From NCBI RefSeq assembly GCF_000150275.1, contig NW_002060951.1, positions 312,775 through 376,774 of the forward strand: 64,000 nucleotides of DNA, in the 5' to 3' direction. Below are positions 41,069 to 59,300 of the stretch, in pieces (position 1 is the first letter of the stretch; each line of letters starts with the position of its first letter). The position numbers and the translations under genes were made by a program. This DNA is from Trichoplax adhaerens. Lineage: Eukaryota > Animalia > Placozoa. The notes beneath the pieces were generated by a model, which ran no database searches, had not been told where the DNA came from, and worked only from the letters and a program-made list of their open reading frames with translations.

Positions 41069-42483
41069 GGTACGTAAATGTATTTGTAGCTTTTAATCGA
41101 GGTTGTAAACTACTGCAAGCATATGGTAACAATATAACCGCATTATCACTCGAAATTTTGTTTTACAAACTTTTTGATCAGGTATAGGTGGAATTACATT
41201 ATAACGTACTAATGGTAATGACACAGTCAGTAAATTGTAACGAGGTTTTAAATATGTTTCTTATCAATATATCTATTCCAGACTGTAATCCAATGTTGCG
41301 TAAATTTTACTTTTAAGTTTGCCCCGTATGCTCTTCCTGCAAGTCCTAGCATTACGGTTTATAGCTTAAGACTTTAGTTCTGAAGAAAATAGTAATAAGC
41401 ATAACCTACATAAGCAGTTTTATTTTATTTATTACATGATATTAACTGACTTCCAAATCTATTAACGGTTAGCGTGATACTGTATTAGAAAACTAAAGCC
41501 AACCCCAAGTGGCAATTAGTGCGTTACTTATAGATCACTGTATTTGCGTATTGTCTCCACAAGAGTATCAAAATAGCGACCTAATTTAATATATTTACTT
41601 CACATACATGCATAAACATCTACAACGAGTACGCAGATAATTATAATCGAGTCTTTTTTCTAGCGGGAATGTACATGATGTGTCAATCACATACTATATG
41701 CACAATACAGCATAGCGGATTTTATGACATTCGAGTATAATAACAAACGTCATTATTGTACTTAACATTATTTCGCATATTCTGCAATCGAAAGATTGTC
41801 TGAATGTTATCACCCACTTTGGTAGCTCATTTTGTATCATGGATGTATTGCTTACTTCACAAATCTGAAGTTAACGGATTGTGCAGAGAGAGAATATTGC
41901 ATTACCCCAGATATTCTTCGATATATTTAATTAGGATATCGTTATCTGCGATCAGTTCTTATAGCAATAATAATAATAAACCATATAATAAGCCTTCTGT
42001 TATCCTTTTCAGTATAATATAGACCCATGTTCCAAGATAGAACCCCATTACATAATGATTATATCAAGCTGTATCAAAAGAATGACAAAATCCAATGGCG
42101 ACAATTTACTTGTATTCCATTATAATCAATTATAGAAAACAATTAGATCAAGAATGACGTCACGATAATTCAAATGGCAGTATTATAATAATTGCATTGG
42201 TCAGACGATGCTGACTACTATTTAAATTATAGGAATGAATAGAACGAATGTCTAGTTACCAAGCTTTGGTTTCTAGGGCACTTTATCCTTAGTTACATAT
42301 CACGGTCTAGCGGCGAGCATTGTTTGCACTTTTCGTTACTACGCAGTAAATAGAGTTGTCCCTGTTAGTACTTTATCAAAGCAATTTTGTCTCATTAGAT
42401 AAACATTGCAGAGTAACGCTATAAATTTGGAGTATAGTAGAAAAGCAAACGAGCGCTGCAGTGGTAACGTAAATAAGTTGGAA

Positions 42484-45064
<2,581 letters not shown>

Positions 45065-47010
45065 ATTATGAGCTAAGTCATCGATATTAGCTTCACTCTA
45101 ACTTGCTATGTTATGATAAAGATTAGAGACTATGCTATGCCACTTAGTCTCTCATTTTATCAGTACAGCAGACTTATTCGTGTTATATAATAGCATTTGA
45201 AATGACTTAAATAGTCAGATGTGCTATCATAATGTAAGTTTGTTCGATTTCGCAATAGATTTCCTATTATATACTCCTTGCTGAGGTGTATATTTTAGCA
45301 TGTCTTTTTACTAAATAGAAATGAATGAGGACAGCCGAAAAAATATGTTAAAATTTTAATATTAGTTATAGTTCGTTTTATTTCTTCTTAGCTAGCTTGC
45401 ATCCTTCATATCTTATACCTTTATAACTTAGAATGATAGTAATTATGATTACGTTATTTAATATATTGCACTTACGGTTAATTCTTCTAACTCTGTCTAA
45501 AAACGACATTACTATAGACAGAAGTATACAACATCTCACCCATCATCAGTGATTAATGGTGACAATACTTGCATACTAAACATGGTAATTAAGGCGAACA
45601 TTTCTTTACTTTACTTTCGATTCGTTGTAAAGTTAGGCATCGCTTGAAACATGACAAGCTTTCGTTTCTTTAATTTATTAATGTTAACTTATTTATCACT
45701 TTCTCAGCATTAGTTACTTATTAATACGGTAATCATGTCTTCTACAATGTAATATGTTATCGATTATGCTATTATTAGTATTTATTAAGGAGAAATATTC
45801 ACATTTTAGTACGGAACATGCTTTTACCAACAAAATCATCTTAGGTTTAAGGTTGATGACCGTAGAGAAATAAAGCTAATGCTAGAAAATTCGCGATTGC
45901 ATTATTTGTCAACTTCTTTGCTTAGCTGTGGTATCAACAAATGCGGCAGTGTAGTGATTTAATATATAGCGTTCATTTCATCTGAAACCAATTAATTACT
46001 GCATATACTCTGCTACGAGACAGTAATATCTATAGTTGTTAATGAAAATTTAAATTTTATTAGAAAAGAATTCGTTAAAGATCAACAATGTTAAGCCTAT
46101 TAGGATTATAGAGGAATTCTTCACGATTACATAATTTGCATCTTTCTGATCTAATAGGAAACCTTGTAACATCTAACTTAGTTATACTGTGATGTGAATT
46201 TTGAGCGGAAGCATTTAGAGAGAGGTATTTCCAAACAATTGTCGGAATTATCCTTACTCTTTTGTGAAGTTCAGACTAAGTTTCTTAGAGCTGAAGTCTA
46301 ATTAAGCGAGCTCGCATGTAATAAAAACGTAAAGCAAAGGTAACCAAAACTCTTTGAGACCTTTAAAAGTTTAGGATAACAGGTTCCTTTGCGACTGAGT
46401 AGGTCTAACTTCTTGAAATCTAGCTCAAGAACGTTTGAATTCGAGATTTATTCCTACATTGTCCTTTCAATCGAAATATTGTAACACACTTCTATAAAAT
46501 CTGACTGTTACAGGATAGTCATAATATTACTACTAAAGCAATGCGATAATGTAGTAGTCTAATATTGTTTAAGAATTCATTATAAGAATAGAGAGATTTA
46601 AAGAAAACTGGCGGTGTAGAAAAGTAGAATAGGCCTGTACTACACTTAATCAAATCCAAGCTAGGATTAGTTACCACCAACATTTTACTGCTATAATGAT
46701 AGACTATGAGGAAATAATTTCAGTAGCAATAAAATTATGTTTTTCAACTAGATTGCTAGAGCAAGTGTTACTTCATACGATGAGAATGCTTTACTGTATA
46801 GAGGTTAGACAATTCTATGGATCAGACGATGCCGACTGCTGTTCAAACTGTTAGCATCAATGGGGCTAATGTCCAATTACCAAACTTTGGCCTGTGGAGA
46901 ATTTCATAAGAGAAGTACTGTATATTACTGTATATTATTAGAAATAGGGAGAAACTGCTATTAATAGCCAATGGAATGAATTCATTCACGCTCCTTGATA
47001 TAGTGAACAG

Positions 47011-47127
47011 AGGTTACAGCTTAAACAGCTATCCCAAGTTTAGAAATGATAAATGGATTGAAGAAGATGTCGGTCTATCTAAGTGATCAGTCTTGGCAAT
47101 GTTCGTATACTAGATATAACGATCAAG
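47011..47127 (+). pseudogene. Decayed exon 5 of a third calcyphosine-like copy
   Basis: Retains the acceptor (cag 47008-47010) and a donor (gtagaa 47128). Translates GYSLNSYPKFRNDKWIEEDV, colinear with copy-1 exon 5 VYRATGHPKFKNGEWSEADV; 33/41 nt identical in the core. In-frame TGA at 47084-47086, and length 117 versus 112 nt. Confidence 0.8.
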
Positions 47128-47789
47128 GTAGAACCAGCTGCCTACTTTGCTTTCAATTCTTTAGGAAGCTAGACGTGGCTTGAAGTGAAATAGCCTCTGG
47201 CTTTCGTTTCTCTAACTTACTCATTAATATGGTAATTTATTAATTAATTATTACAGTACTCACTCTCGCTCAGCCGTACTTAAGTACGGTAATAATTGCG
47301 ATTTAAGGCGAAGAATTGTATCGTAGCTTGGGTTCTGTGTCCTCATATAAAACATGATATTACTAACGAACCTCTTCAGGTTACAGTTGATAACCGTAAT
47401 TAAGAGACAAATGATAGACAATCAATTTACCACAGCATCACCTCAAATAACTTTCCCGTGCCCTAAATATGGTGAAAGATGTTTTAATATACTCGTAACT
47501 TACTCATTTTGCATGATATGACATAAGTCTACGACTAGTAGGAAACTATTTATTTCTCAAAGGTATACAATGATTTATACAATATCATTTTACGAGTATT
47601 TATAATTATAGAAGAGTCAGATCAGTCATTGCTTAGCGCCCCTCAAGTATCTATTTGATTATAATTATCCAAGGATTGCAGCAATTTTTTTAACGTAGTG
47701 TTGTGTATCACCCACCCACCATCCAGAGTAATCGATTGCAGTAACGAAACATCGAAAAGATCAGAAATCCAGTATAGGCTGTTTTGATG

Positions 47790-47803
47790 GTAGCCATAGT
47801 AAC
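47790..47803 (+). promoter_or_regulatory. RFX X-box upstream of calcyphosine-like copy 2
   Basis: GTAGCCATAGTAAC, full match to GTNRCC-AT-RGYAAC, about 270 bp upstream of the ATG. Confidence 0.65.
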
Positions 47804-48073
47804 TGACTCATAAAGGGCATTTTTTATTGGATATTAGTCACAAGAGAATAATTTAAATTCAACGCATTACTGATGTTCTTGCTGGCCTTTGTATCATTCA
47901 CGTCAGAGAGTATACTATACCAATATACCGTAAGTACATATTCGATGATTTGCAGTAATAGAATAAAGCTAAAGCATCCAGTACTTACATATACTACTAC
48001 TTAGAGTCGCACTTCAGTATAATTTGGCTGCGGCAGCAAATTAAAACGAACCATAATTATAGTTGTTTTCATC

Positions 48074-49688
<1,615 letters not shown>

Positions 49689-52600
49689 TAATTTTAACAA
49701 TTTTTAAACAAATTTTGTAACTTTATTAGCAATCTTATTATTATTACTCTCACGGTTAAAATAATTCTTATCGACAAAGAGATAAAGAATCTGTTAGTAT
49801 CTAATAGATGTCGGTACTACACTTCTACTGCAAAGTAAAACTATCACAGGTAGTTCAATTGCTAAAATCGTTTCCAGTAAACTAATTTAGATGGATATTA
49901 ACTGTAAAGCTATCACTAATTTAAAATAAGTAGTGTGTAACTTAAGCCTGCCTTATGCACTTCGTCGATATCAAGATATTTGAATATTAGGTCCTATATC
50001 GTTGTTTTGCATAGAAAATATCGTTAACATTTTACCAAGTCGTAACTATTGCGTATTTGAAGCGCTAAATAGATATCAAAGTATTCACTTTTGTAAATTA
50101 TAAATGGCTAATACATCAAGCTAAGCTCTTTAAGTTGCCTGACTGTATTATTGATACCACTGAATCCTTTTAAATAGTTTACATTAGATGTACATGAATA
50201 AAATTAACTATAACTCAATAAAAGTAAAGTTACCAAATTACTCTTATTCATAAGATTCGGCCATTTGAAATCGGTTAGATTTACCTACATATATAATTAC
50301 AGCCTCTGCTGTTATCCACTGAAAAAGTATATGGCTAGTTATCAGTATGAATGAAAATTTTTCAATTTGTATTCAATTTGTTTTGTCTACTTGTCATTCC
50401 AAGTTATAATAAATGGTTAATGGTCGACATAGCACAAAGTTATTAGGACTTATATCTTACAAGGAATAACAACAAGTGTCTATAACGTGGTACAAAGGGA
50501 TTATTTCGGAATGAATCATACGGCGCATTATATTTCAATTACGGTTTCCAAATAAAATAATCTAAAATTTGACTGGAGATATAACCAAGTGGTTCATAGT
50601 AAACTATAGCAATGTAAATCAACTATGTTTGTGAAGAGACATTTTTCTTCGTACACTAAATCCAATAATTAAATAGTTATGTGAAAACATGACCTATCGG
50701 TGCTAAATAGTTAGAGATGCTCTCATATTACCGATAAAAATATTAAAATTAACAAGTAAATGCCAATCACTAGTACTGATAAGAATAGATAATCAACAAG
50801 TATACGAGTTTACTATCATAACCAGTGCCTATTTCCAAAAATAGCTTAAAGTTTTATACGCCTATATTTTAATATGATTGCGTAAGAAAGTTAACTCTTA
50901 ATGTACTCGTATATGTGATACATCTTTATGGATATACTTTTAAAGCAGATTAAAACATTATCTAGGATATCTGCTTTACTCAAATGTACACCTTTTCAAC
51001 CTAGTTTATTATTTTTTATAGATATTATATATCGTAAATCACAGTAAAGAAGTTTTTAAATATATACTTTAAAGGTTAACGTTATAAATAGTATTGAGCT
51101 TGATACGTTAAATCGCATATCGCCACTGTTTAGAACAGACCTTGACAATCACTGCTAATATCAACATTCTAGACGAGCAATTACGTTATCAAAGACAAAT
51201 CCTAATCATGAAAATTTTGGAAATCATCTTTCTGAAAGGTGTCTAGATATAATAAGAACGGGGAAAATTTTTTGCTGAACTTACTGCAAAACTCAATATG
51301 TAATAATAAGCATAAACTATATTCATCTGATACTAGGTGTCTGTCTGTTACTTGTAGGAACAAATCTAAAGTTTTATTTCGATAGAAACATAATGTATAT
51401 CTTTAGATCTGTAAGTAATTATCCATTCTAGATATGAATAAGTTTAGAAATAGTTCGAAAATTAAACCGATTATGAGTTAACCTCAGAATCAGTACTAGC
51501 AATTTGGACGCTCTGATTAGAAATCTTTAACTATTTTAATTAAGACTGTTGGCATTTGATCTTTCATAATTGATTTAAGGACTCCGATTTCACAATATTG
51601 CAAAAATCAGATAAGTAAGCTAATCTAGCTAATAAGGCTAGTGCGAAAAACATGATCATGCAATTATTCGAAAATCGTTTATATTCAACAGAAACTACAA
51701 AAATCAATTTAATGCCAGGATATAACCATCCCTACAGTCAATATAAGCCCAAGAACGCTACTATATCATTAATATTTCTCCCTAGACTGGTACGTAAAAT
51801 AGGTTGTGTAAGTAAAGTGGATTTTTCTATTAACAGATACTAACTACAATTCATTAAGAAGTACATTCTATTTTGAAATTATCTAGAGTTGAAGATATTT
51901 AATTACTAAAACGCCTAAGTACATTATATAAAAGCACTATTGGGTAAAGAAATCAGGCTGAACATAAAATTCTTAGGCTACTGAAAGACCTTGTATGTCG
52001 AGCTAGTAGTTAAGAAATAAAGAAATGTATTTCTTGGAAGGCACTGCCTAGTGTATAGCGTTTGTATTCTTCTGTATAGTCGATTATCATAACGAATTAA
52101 TTCTTTCAGCAAAACATTAGACTAAATAGAAAAAGTTACATGCTAAGTAATATATTAATAAACTTGAAGCTGCTGCAACAATGGTGATTTAATTGAAAGG
52201 AAATTATACCGAAATCATTTACATGTTACATTTATGATCCATTGAAATTCTACTTGTATAAAATGCTAATTTTTTACTACAAGAATTTGATCTGAAGTAT
52301 TTGTCAATCCGAAGGAGGATCACCGTACGATACTCATTTACGATAAGCCAGAGCTTTTGGGGCGAACATATGTGATAGAAGTGCTGTATACTTGTACGAC
52401 AGTAGTAGTAGTGAGAATAAATGGGAGATACTATACTACGTCGTTCTACTTATAAATTCTTTTCGTATTCATCCAATATTCTAGTCAATATGAAATTACC
52501 CATCTACGTATAGCAGTTTAAAATCAATGATTATTAAGTACTGTCGATGAAGTATTGCAATTTACAGTTTAATGCATTACGTTTACCAAAAAATTTCATA

Positions 52601-52737
52601 AAATTGGCAAAGACAAGACACTTTAACCTGAATCTACAGCACTACCCATATTAATAAATAAACAAAAATTTGGAATAAGACGCCATATTTAAAAAATTAA
52701 CGTTAAAGGCATCCCCAAAATCAGACTTCTCTGAAGA

Positions 52738-53300
52738 GTTGCAACATTACAATTAGTGAAGAAAATTAATCTGAAATAGGATTTTTCCAATTCAGTATTC
52801 AATTGCAGCGAAATATACACTGCTTAATCACCTTATACATAATTGGATTATTCATGTGAGATAATATGGTGCTTTACTAACTTTATTGAGCAAAACAAAT
52901 TTAATCGGATTGAAATAAGCGAGATCTTGTAGCAATATTGCAATTAGCATAAAAAATTAATTTAAATAAGATTTTTTCAAGTTCAATATTCACTTATTGT
53001 GGAATACGCATGAGGAATTCTAGTGAAAGCGATCAAATACTCTTAAATCGCTTTATGCATCATCCGATTGTTGATGTGAGATAAGATAGTGTTTTGCTAA
53101 CTTTGGTAAGCAGGGCAAATTTAATCGGATTTAAACAAGCGAAATCTTGTAGCAATATCACAACTAGTATAGAAATTAACTTAAAATAGGATTTTTCAGT
53201 ACAGTATTCAAATACAGTGGAAAAGGTAGCAAGAATTCTAATGAATTCGATCAAAAACTGCTGAATTGCTTTATACTCGTATATAATCCGATTGTTTATG
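52738..53300. repeat. Degenerate tandem repeat, unit about 220 bp, about 2.5 copies
   Basis: caaatttaatcggatt at about 52896 and 53116; atcttgtagcaatat, atgtgagataa and gaattcta recur at about 220-bp spacing; a partial older copy (aaataggatttttc...cagtattcaa) lies at about 52775. Confidence 0.85.
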
Positions 53301-56300
53301 TTGGTATCTTTATTGAGTAATGTCCTTAATAATCAATATTATACATACTTGACTGCTTTATGGATAAACTTATTAGAGTATTTCTCTAACGTATGCGATA
53401 AGCCAACCGAATAGAAACATCAAAATATTAGACTCCCAAGTTTCTGCACTTCAAAATTCTTAAAATTGTCATGACTTACTTTATAGCATAACGTGAATAT
53501 TGTTGTTCATCAAGATTTGGGAAAAAATCAAATTTATTGGTTAAGTACCGTAGCGTAAACATATTATTGTCTTCCTGCAATCTACTTATATATACACAAT
53601 TGTAATGCGTTACTTTTTTAGAAATCTTTCCAATAATTTGAACTTTAGTTCCTGTAAATTGTTTTACGAGGTGATAAGATAATGGGCGAACTGGGACGGT
53701 TCAGGTTTACTGTAAAAGTGTTGCTCAGTATAACAAATTAGTTCTAGTAGGATGAACAAGCAATATGGATTCGATATAATACTAGATTAGCAACATAAAT
53801 TCCCATAATGATGGCTACCAATTAAGGATCAGTTTAATTAGTTCATGAAATATACATATTAATTTATTTAATTTCTAAAAATCTGTAATTGGCATCGAAT
53901 AATGCCGTCGTTGACAAAATTGCGGCAGATCTCCTCAATCATTCTTATCAAAACAGCTGTACGAAGATTGATTTTTAGTTACAACAATTATACTGTTGAG
54001 AGACATTTTAGCCTGGAAAAGTGTGATTTAATTATGATGGTGTGTGCTATTCAAAGACGCTTGAAAGAAATCAACTTATTAGCTAGTTAATTAAATACTG
54101 GATTGATTTATAGGAATCTGATTATTACTTTTGTTTTAGCAAGTCTTTTCGAAGATAAATTCCTTTTAATTTTATTATGTAATGAAGCGAATGAACTGGT
54201 TTCGATTTTTTCGAAATCATTACTTTATGTTTACAGATGACGTTACTGATACATTATGATGAATTTTGTTTTAACTGACCTTTATTGAAATAACTAGCCT
54301 TGCTTATAATTTAAATATAATGATTTTGTTTTACCTATTCGGTCACTAAGACGCTATTAGTGCCACTACTATTATCCACTCTTGTAATAATTTTTTGCAG
54401 CCAATCCTAAATTTTAAGGAATCTATCTTATTCTAAAAGCTGGATTAATTCTATAGCAACACGGTGTATATGAATACACAGCCTTCCACTGCCTTAAAAG
54501 AAGCTAAATTGATCGGAAATTCATTCATTTTATAATATACTAGGATGTTGAGGTACAAACATCCTCAGATTTGTTACGACAGAAGGAAATATTATGAAAG
54601 CCAACATGATTATTAATAGATAGTTTAATATTTTATTTTGAAGCCCAGTAACTTCTTATCTTTCTTAAGTGATTTTTAGCTCAAAAAATCTGTGTACTGA
54701 AGCACAGATCGTTAAGGGTTAGAGATCGAAACTTTTCATTTATATATCATATAGCTGAGTTTATGAAATTCCATATATTTATGTTGCACTAGCTCACTTG
54801 TTATTTATGACATATATGCTGAACATTGTATATCGCATAACTTCAAATGTATCATCTATCTAGGAACAAAAAGCGATGTCTGTTATTACGTGCAGATTAA
54901 TGCAATTATGAAATCAGTCGCGTGCATATGTATAATACTGATGTTTAGTAGTGACGAAATTCTTTAGTTCTTGAAAATTTTTTATACACCATACATATTC
55001 AACACATTATATAGTTGAATGAGTGGCTTATTTCGGACGTTCAGGAAAATATTAATATATCATAGCTCAATAACTGGGAACGACTCCAGAGTCTTAGCGG
55101 ATATGGCTAAGACGATATTACCAAGGAAGTCATGAGCTATTAGGTTCTCAATTCGCCTCAATATTCTATTTATATATATATCGCAATGAAGTGGCGGAAA
55201 GGAAGATATTTATAGAAAATTTAATAATTATATAAGTATTCTTCTGTATGTCTTAAGATAAAGCTACAGTAATAACAATAATACTGTAGTATATTAGATT
55301 TCCACTAGTAGCGATAAGTATACTCAGTAACAATAATTTGATGCAATTGGAAGCAGCATTTAATGTTCTACCCGAATTATAGGTGATAGTTCACATTACA
55401 TTACCATAATCGAAGGCAATATTAAGCGGCAACAATATTTTCTTGAATTAATTTTACCTGTACCGAGTCAATCAAACGTGAAGTTTAAATATTATTACTT
55501 TTTCATGATTAAAATCAATTTCGTATTGCATAATGGCCTTATGATGATTCGAACCAAATTTTTAGTCAATAGAACACTTTTGAAGCGATATAAGCTTCCT
55601 GAAAAGTAAATTAATCAAGTATTGTTTGGGATTGTTTGGACAGGTGCACGTAACCTTATCAACATTTCACATGTAGATACAGTATACGCATATGCGTGAA
55701 TAACTACCAGTACCCGTTGCTGTGTCTTATAATTTCATTTAATAGTAATATAAGTTAAAATTAAGACACTTAAGAACACATCCTTTATATTATACATCCC
55801 AATTGTGTCTAGTTGATAGTTTTTCTTTTTAAAGTCATCCTAAATGATGTCCTGTTATCCTAATGATTAAAAGCCACCCTTGTCTATTACTTTATACAAA
55901 ATTTACTGTAAATAGCTCTTTCTTAATTAATCTACGGATAAAGATAACGACGTTTATATACATAGTTTTACTTGGTATTGTGCCACATGAAGTATGGTAA
56001 GAATCGAAAGTTGGAGTTTTAACTCTAAAGAAATTAAATATCGTTAAAATACTTAAACTTCGAATTATAGACTGCTATCTATTTAATTTTAAAGTAAACT
56101 ATATTCATTTATTTTCTGACATAAGAGCTTTTTGATATTTTAATGAAAAATAATTATATTATTGACATACAAAAAGATCATAATTGCTAAGATACAAATG
56201 GCGTGACAGAATCTTATCTGCTGTAATTCGAATTGTCGCTCCGCTCCGACTCATGCAGCGTTCGCAACAAACAAATTTTCGAATATTTCCTGCGTCATTA

Positions 56301-59300
56301 AGCTCACTTTATTTTGCGACGTGTTCTTTAAGGTATAAATTGTATAAATTGCGCCATAAATTAAAAATTTTTGAAGTATCATCTTCTCAATGCATACGAC
56401 AAGAGTAAATAAGATGAAAGTTTTACACGTGTCGGTATCATCTCAATAAGTTGGTGATATCATTAAATTTATATATGGACTTTCCTTCGATGTTCATATC
56501 TTCAGTATAACTTTTTAATTATACTACATCTTCCATTTAGTTTCTCGCATGCACAGTAAATAGAAATTGTGCAAGTGTATATGTGTAAATCAAAATTAGC
56601 TGTTAGATCATTTATTCTTTCTATGTTGACATTTAATAATTTTTCTGCTGTTAAATCCTTTTAATTTTTACGAGACTAATATCGAAAATACTAATGTAAA
56701 AATTCTAATAGCAAGTTTACTATTGCCAATGATTCACAGCTGCAAGGATTTGGTCAACTTGGTATATCTGATATTTATAATAAGCTTATAGGGATCATTT
56801 TAGTAGCTGATTTTATGATCTAATTGAGAGCCAATGTAAATTTTCTTACTAATGATCTAGTAAGAATGCTATTCTTTGGAATATAGTAACATAGCAGTAG
56901 TTCTTGTTGACCAATCTAGTATTTCAAATTCTTCAATTTGAAACTTTATATGATCTATCAAATTTCTGTAGAGTCGGTCATCTTAATCATGTTACGTATA
57001 CACTCTACCAATTGAAATAATACGCTATGAGTTATTGCAGAAATTTTACCATTAGCCAGTAATCAGACTCCGAATATGAATGCAGCGAACAATATGCAGT
57101 TTGTTAAATCAGATTAAGTCGTAAGTAGAACCGATTAGTAATAACCGCAAAATTTAATCTACATCAAAGAGAGAAGTTATAAAATACCTATTAGCCTGAA
57201 GTTAACTTCAGCCATTAAGCTTATATAAAATTCAAATTCTTTTTAATCTGTAAATTTCGAACTTGGATGTCTTATTGCATCAATTTAATCTGCAATCATT
57301 CCAATTTAACCCGATATTTTCTAATACAAGTTTTACTTACACCCCACTACCTACTCTCTTCTAATGTGATGTGATCAACTAACTTACTAGCTGCTTAGTC
57401 ACTCCAACTGACTACGGAGAGATACTGTAAGTAAGACTAACAACTTCCTCACAAGTATAATAAGCGGCTTGTTGTAAGATCAGTTTTATGAGTTTTTAAT
57501 TCTATTCATACAACGAAAGTATAGTATCTTGTCGTACACTAACAACAAGAAAATGCTTTCAGTGTAGGATTTTTTATTTCAATAGGTACAGTCCATACTG
57601 CAGATATTATTTAGGATTTATTTAATAATAAAATTAAGTAAATTTTGCCTGGTAACATAAAATTAAATTAATATTACGGCAAAGAGATACAAGATGGCGC
57701 ATTAAAACCATTTTTATTTAGATATTTAACGATCAGTACAGCAATCAATTTTATGTTAATATTTCGAACATTTTAAAATGTTAAGTCAGCCGATGTCGTC
57801 TCGTGGATGCCCCTAGAATCTAATATCATTAATATTTATGCTAGATAGATTAGCGTATAGTAGAGTAAATGTCTCTGGTTCTGTCAGCACGCTCAGTTAT
57901 TTTGTAATAGACTATTATGTCATTAATATCATTTGTGATTTCTGATGAATGCAACTGTTGTAGTGTTAGCAACCGTTGCACGGTAAATAAATTTTGAATA
58001 AATGTTATTATTCATTTAATTCAGTTATGCGATAGTATCAACGATTAATTTAGCTATTAGTTTTGTTATTAATATCCTTTTTCATTTACGATATAGTACG
58101 GAATTTATATGGCTTTATTTGCAACTCTCAGGTGCTTCTATTGAGAAACTTTGGGGGATGTTATATCAATTAACTAAAAAAGATGAGATTTAATAACAAA
58201 ATAATTCTTGTAATCGTTAATAATAGTTTCGGTTATTTTGATTACCCGTTGTTGTCGCATGAAGTAATAAAATAATTTTTCTTCACTTCCAATATTATTT
58301 GTGTCTTACGAAGAGAAAGTAGTTATCCGTTTATTGTATTTTACTAACAAAATTGGTGCTTTCATTTAGAATTCATTGAATAATGAATTGCCTAATAGAA
58401 TTTATACCAGAATTGTTCTAGTAGGCAGGAATAAACAGTCTGTAATTGATTTATTGGACCAACTGAGTTGAATCACAATATGCCAGGCTTTGTTCATTGA
58501 TTGTGGATATTGGCGATAATATAATTGCGATTTGGCACCTGCTACAAATTCAATTTCATTTAACAAAATGAAATTATCTACATCAATGAAATGATGTTAG
58601 ATAAAATTAGAAAGAATAGATTCACCTTATTGGCCGCTTGTTAGTTTTGATTATTTCGTGCAATTTATTTAACACTCGATGAACTCTTGATAAGCGACCA
58701 GCAGCAAAATATCAGAATTATTAGGGAGGATTGAATGCAGCAAATCTGATAATTACTTTCTAAATGCAAGGGGTTTAAATTTTCTTCGCTAAAATAAGTT
58801 TTCAATTTTGAAATGATGATTAATATATTGTAAATTTTTCTTATCTTAATTTTAATTGTTGATTAAAATGAAATTTGACATTCTGGTTTTATCCTTGTAT
58901 AACTTGAATATTACTTAAATTGACATACTGCTTACCGCCTACTCTATAAATTTAGCAAAATAAGAAGTTTACCAATTTTTTCTTCGTTAATGCAATTGGT
59001 GTAATCGCTTGTCGCGAATTGCTATAGGTATGCTTTGCTAGTATCGGAGGTCTGAATTCAATTAAAAACGAAAATAATTCCTTGTATATATATTAAAGGG
59101 TCATTTGTGGAGTATAGCTTCGAAAATAATTAGAAATATGGCATAAGAAATTGCAATCTATGCAGCTTGGTGACAGCTCCAACTTACAATTATAATTATT
59201 TATAAAAGATATTTAATTGACACTATATTAATTAAATAAGCCAGTAATAAGGGTATCTGCTAATTATTATCTTGGATGTATACGATAACTTCCAACTTCA

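Noticed and set aside
41040-41070. ggttcgaa, a tRNA T-loop / B-box-like motif
   Set aside because: No cloverleaf stems or A-box could be built around it.
46817-46909. 30-codon ORF MDQTMPTAVQTVSINGANVQLPNFGLWRIS, loosely like an aldo-keto reductase N-terminus
   Set aside because: No downstream AKR exons; it lies in the decayed calcyphosine interval and is probably chance.
58132-58144. 13-nt match (gtgcttctattga) to calcyphosine exon 6
   Set aside because: The flanks do not align, so it is insufficient to call another relic.
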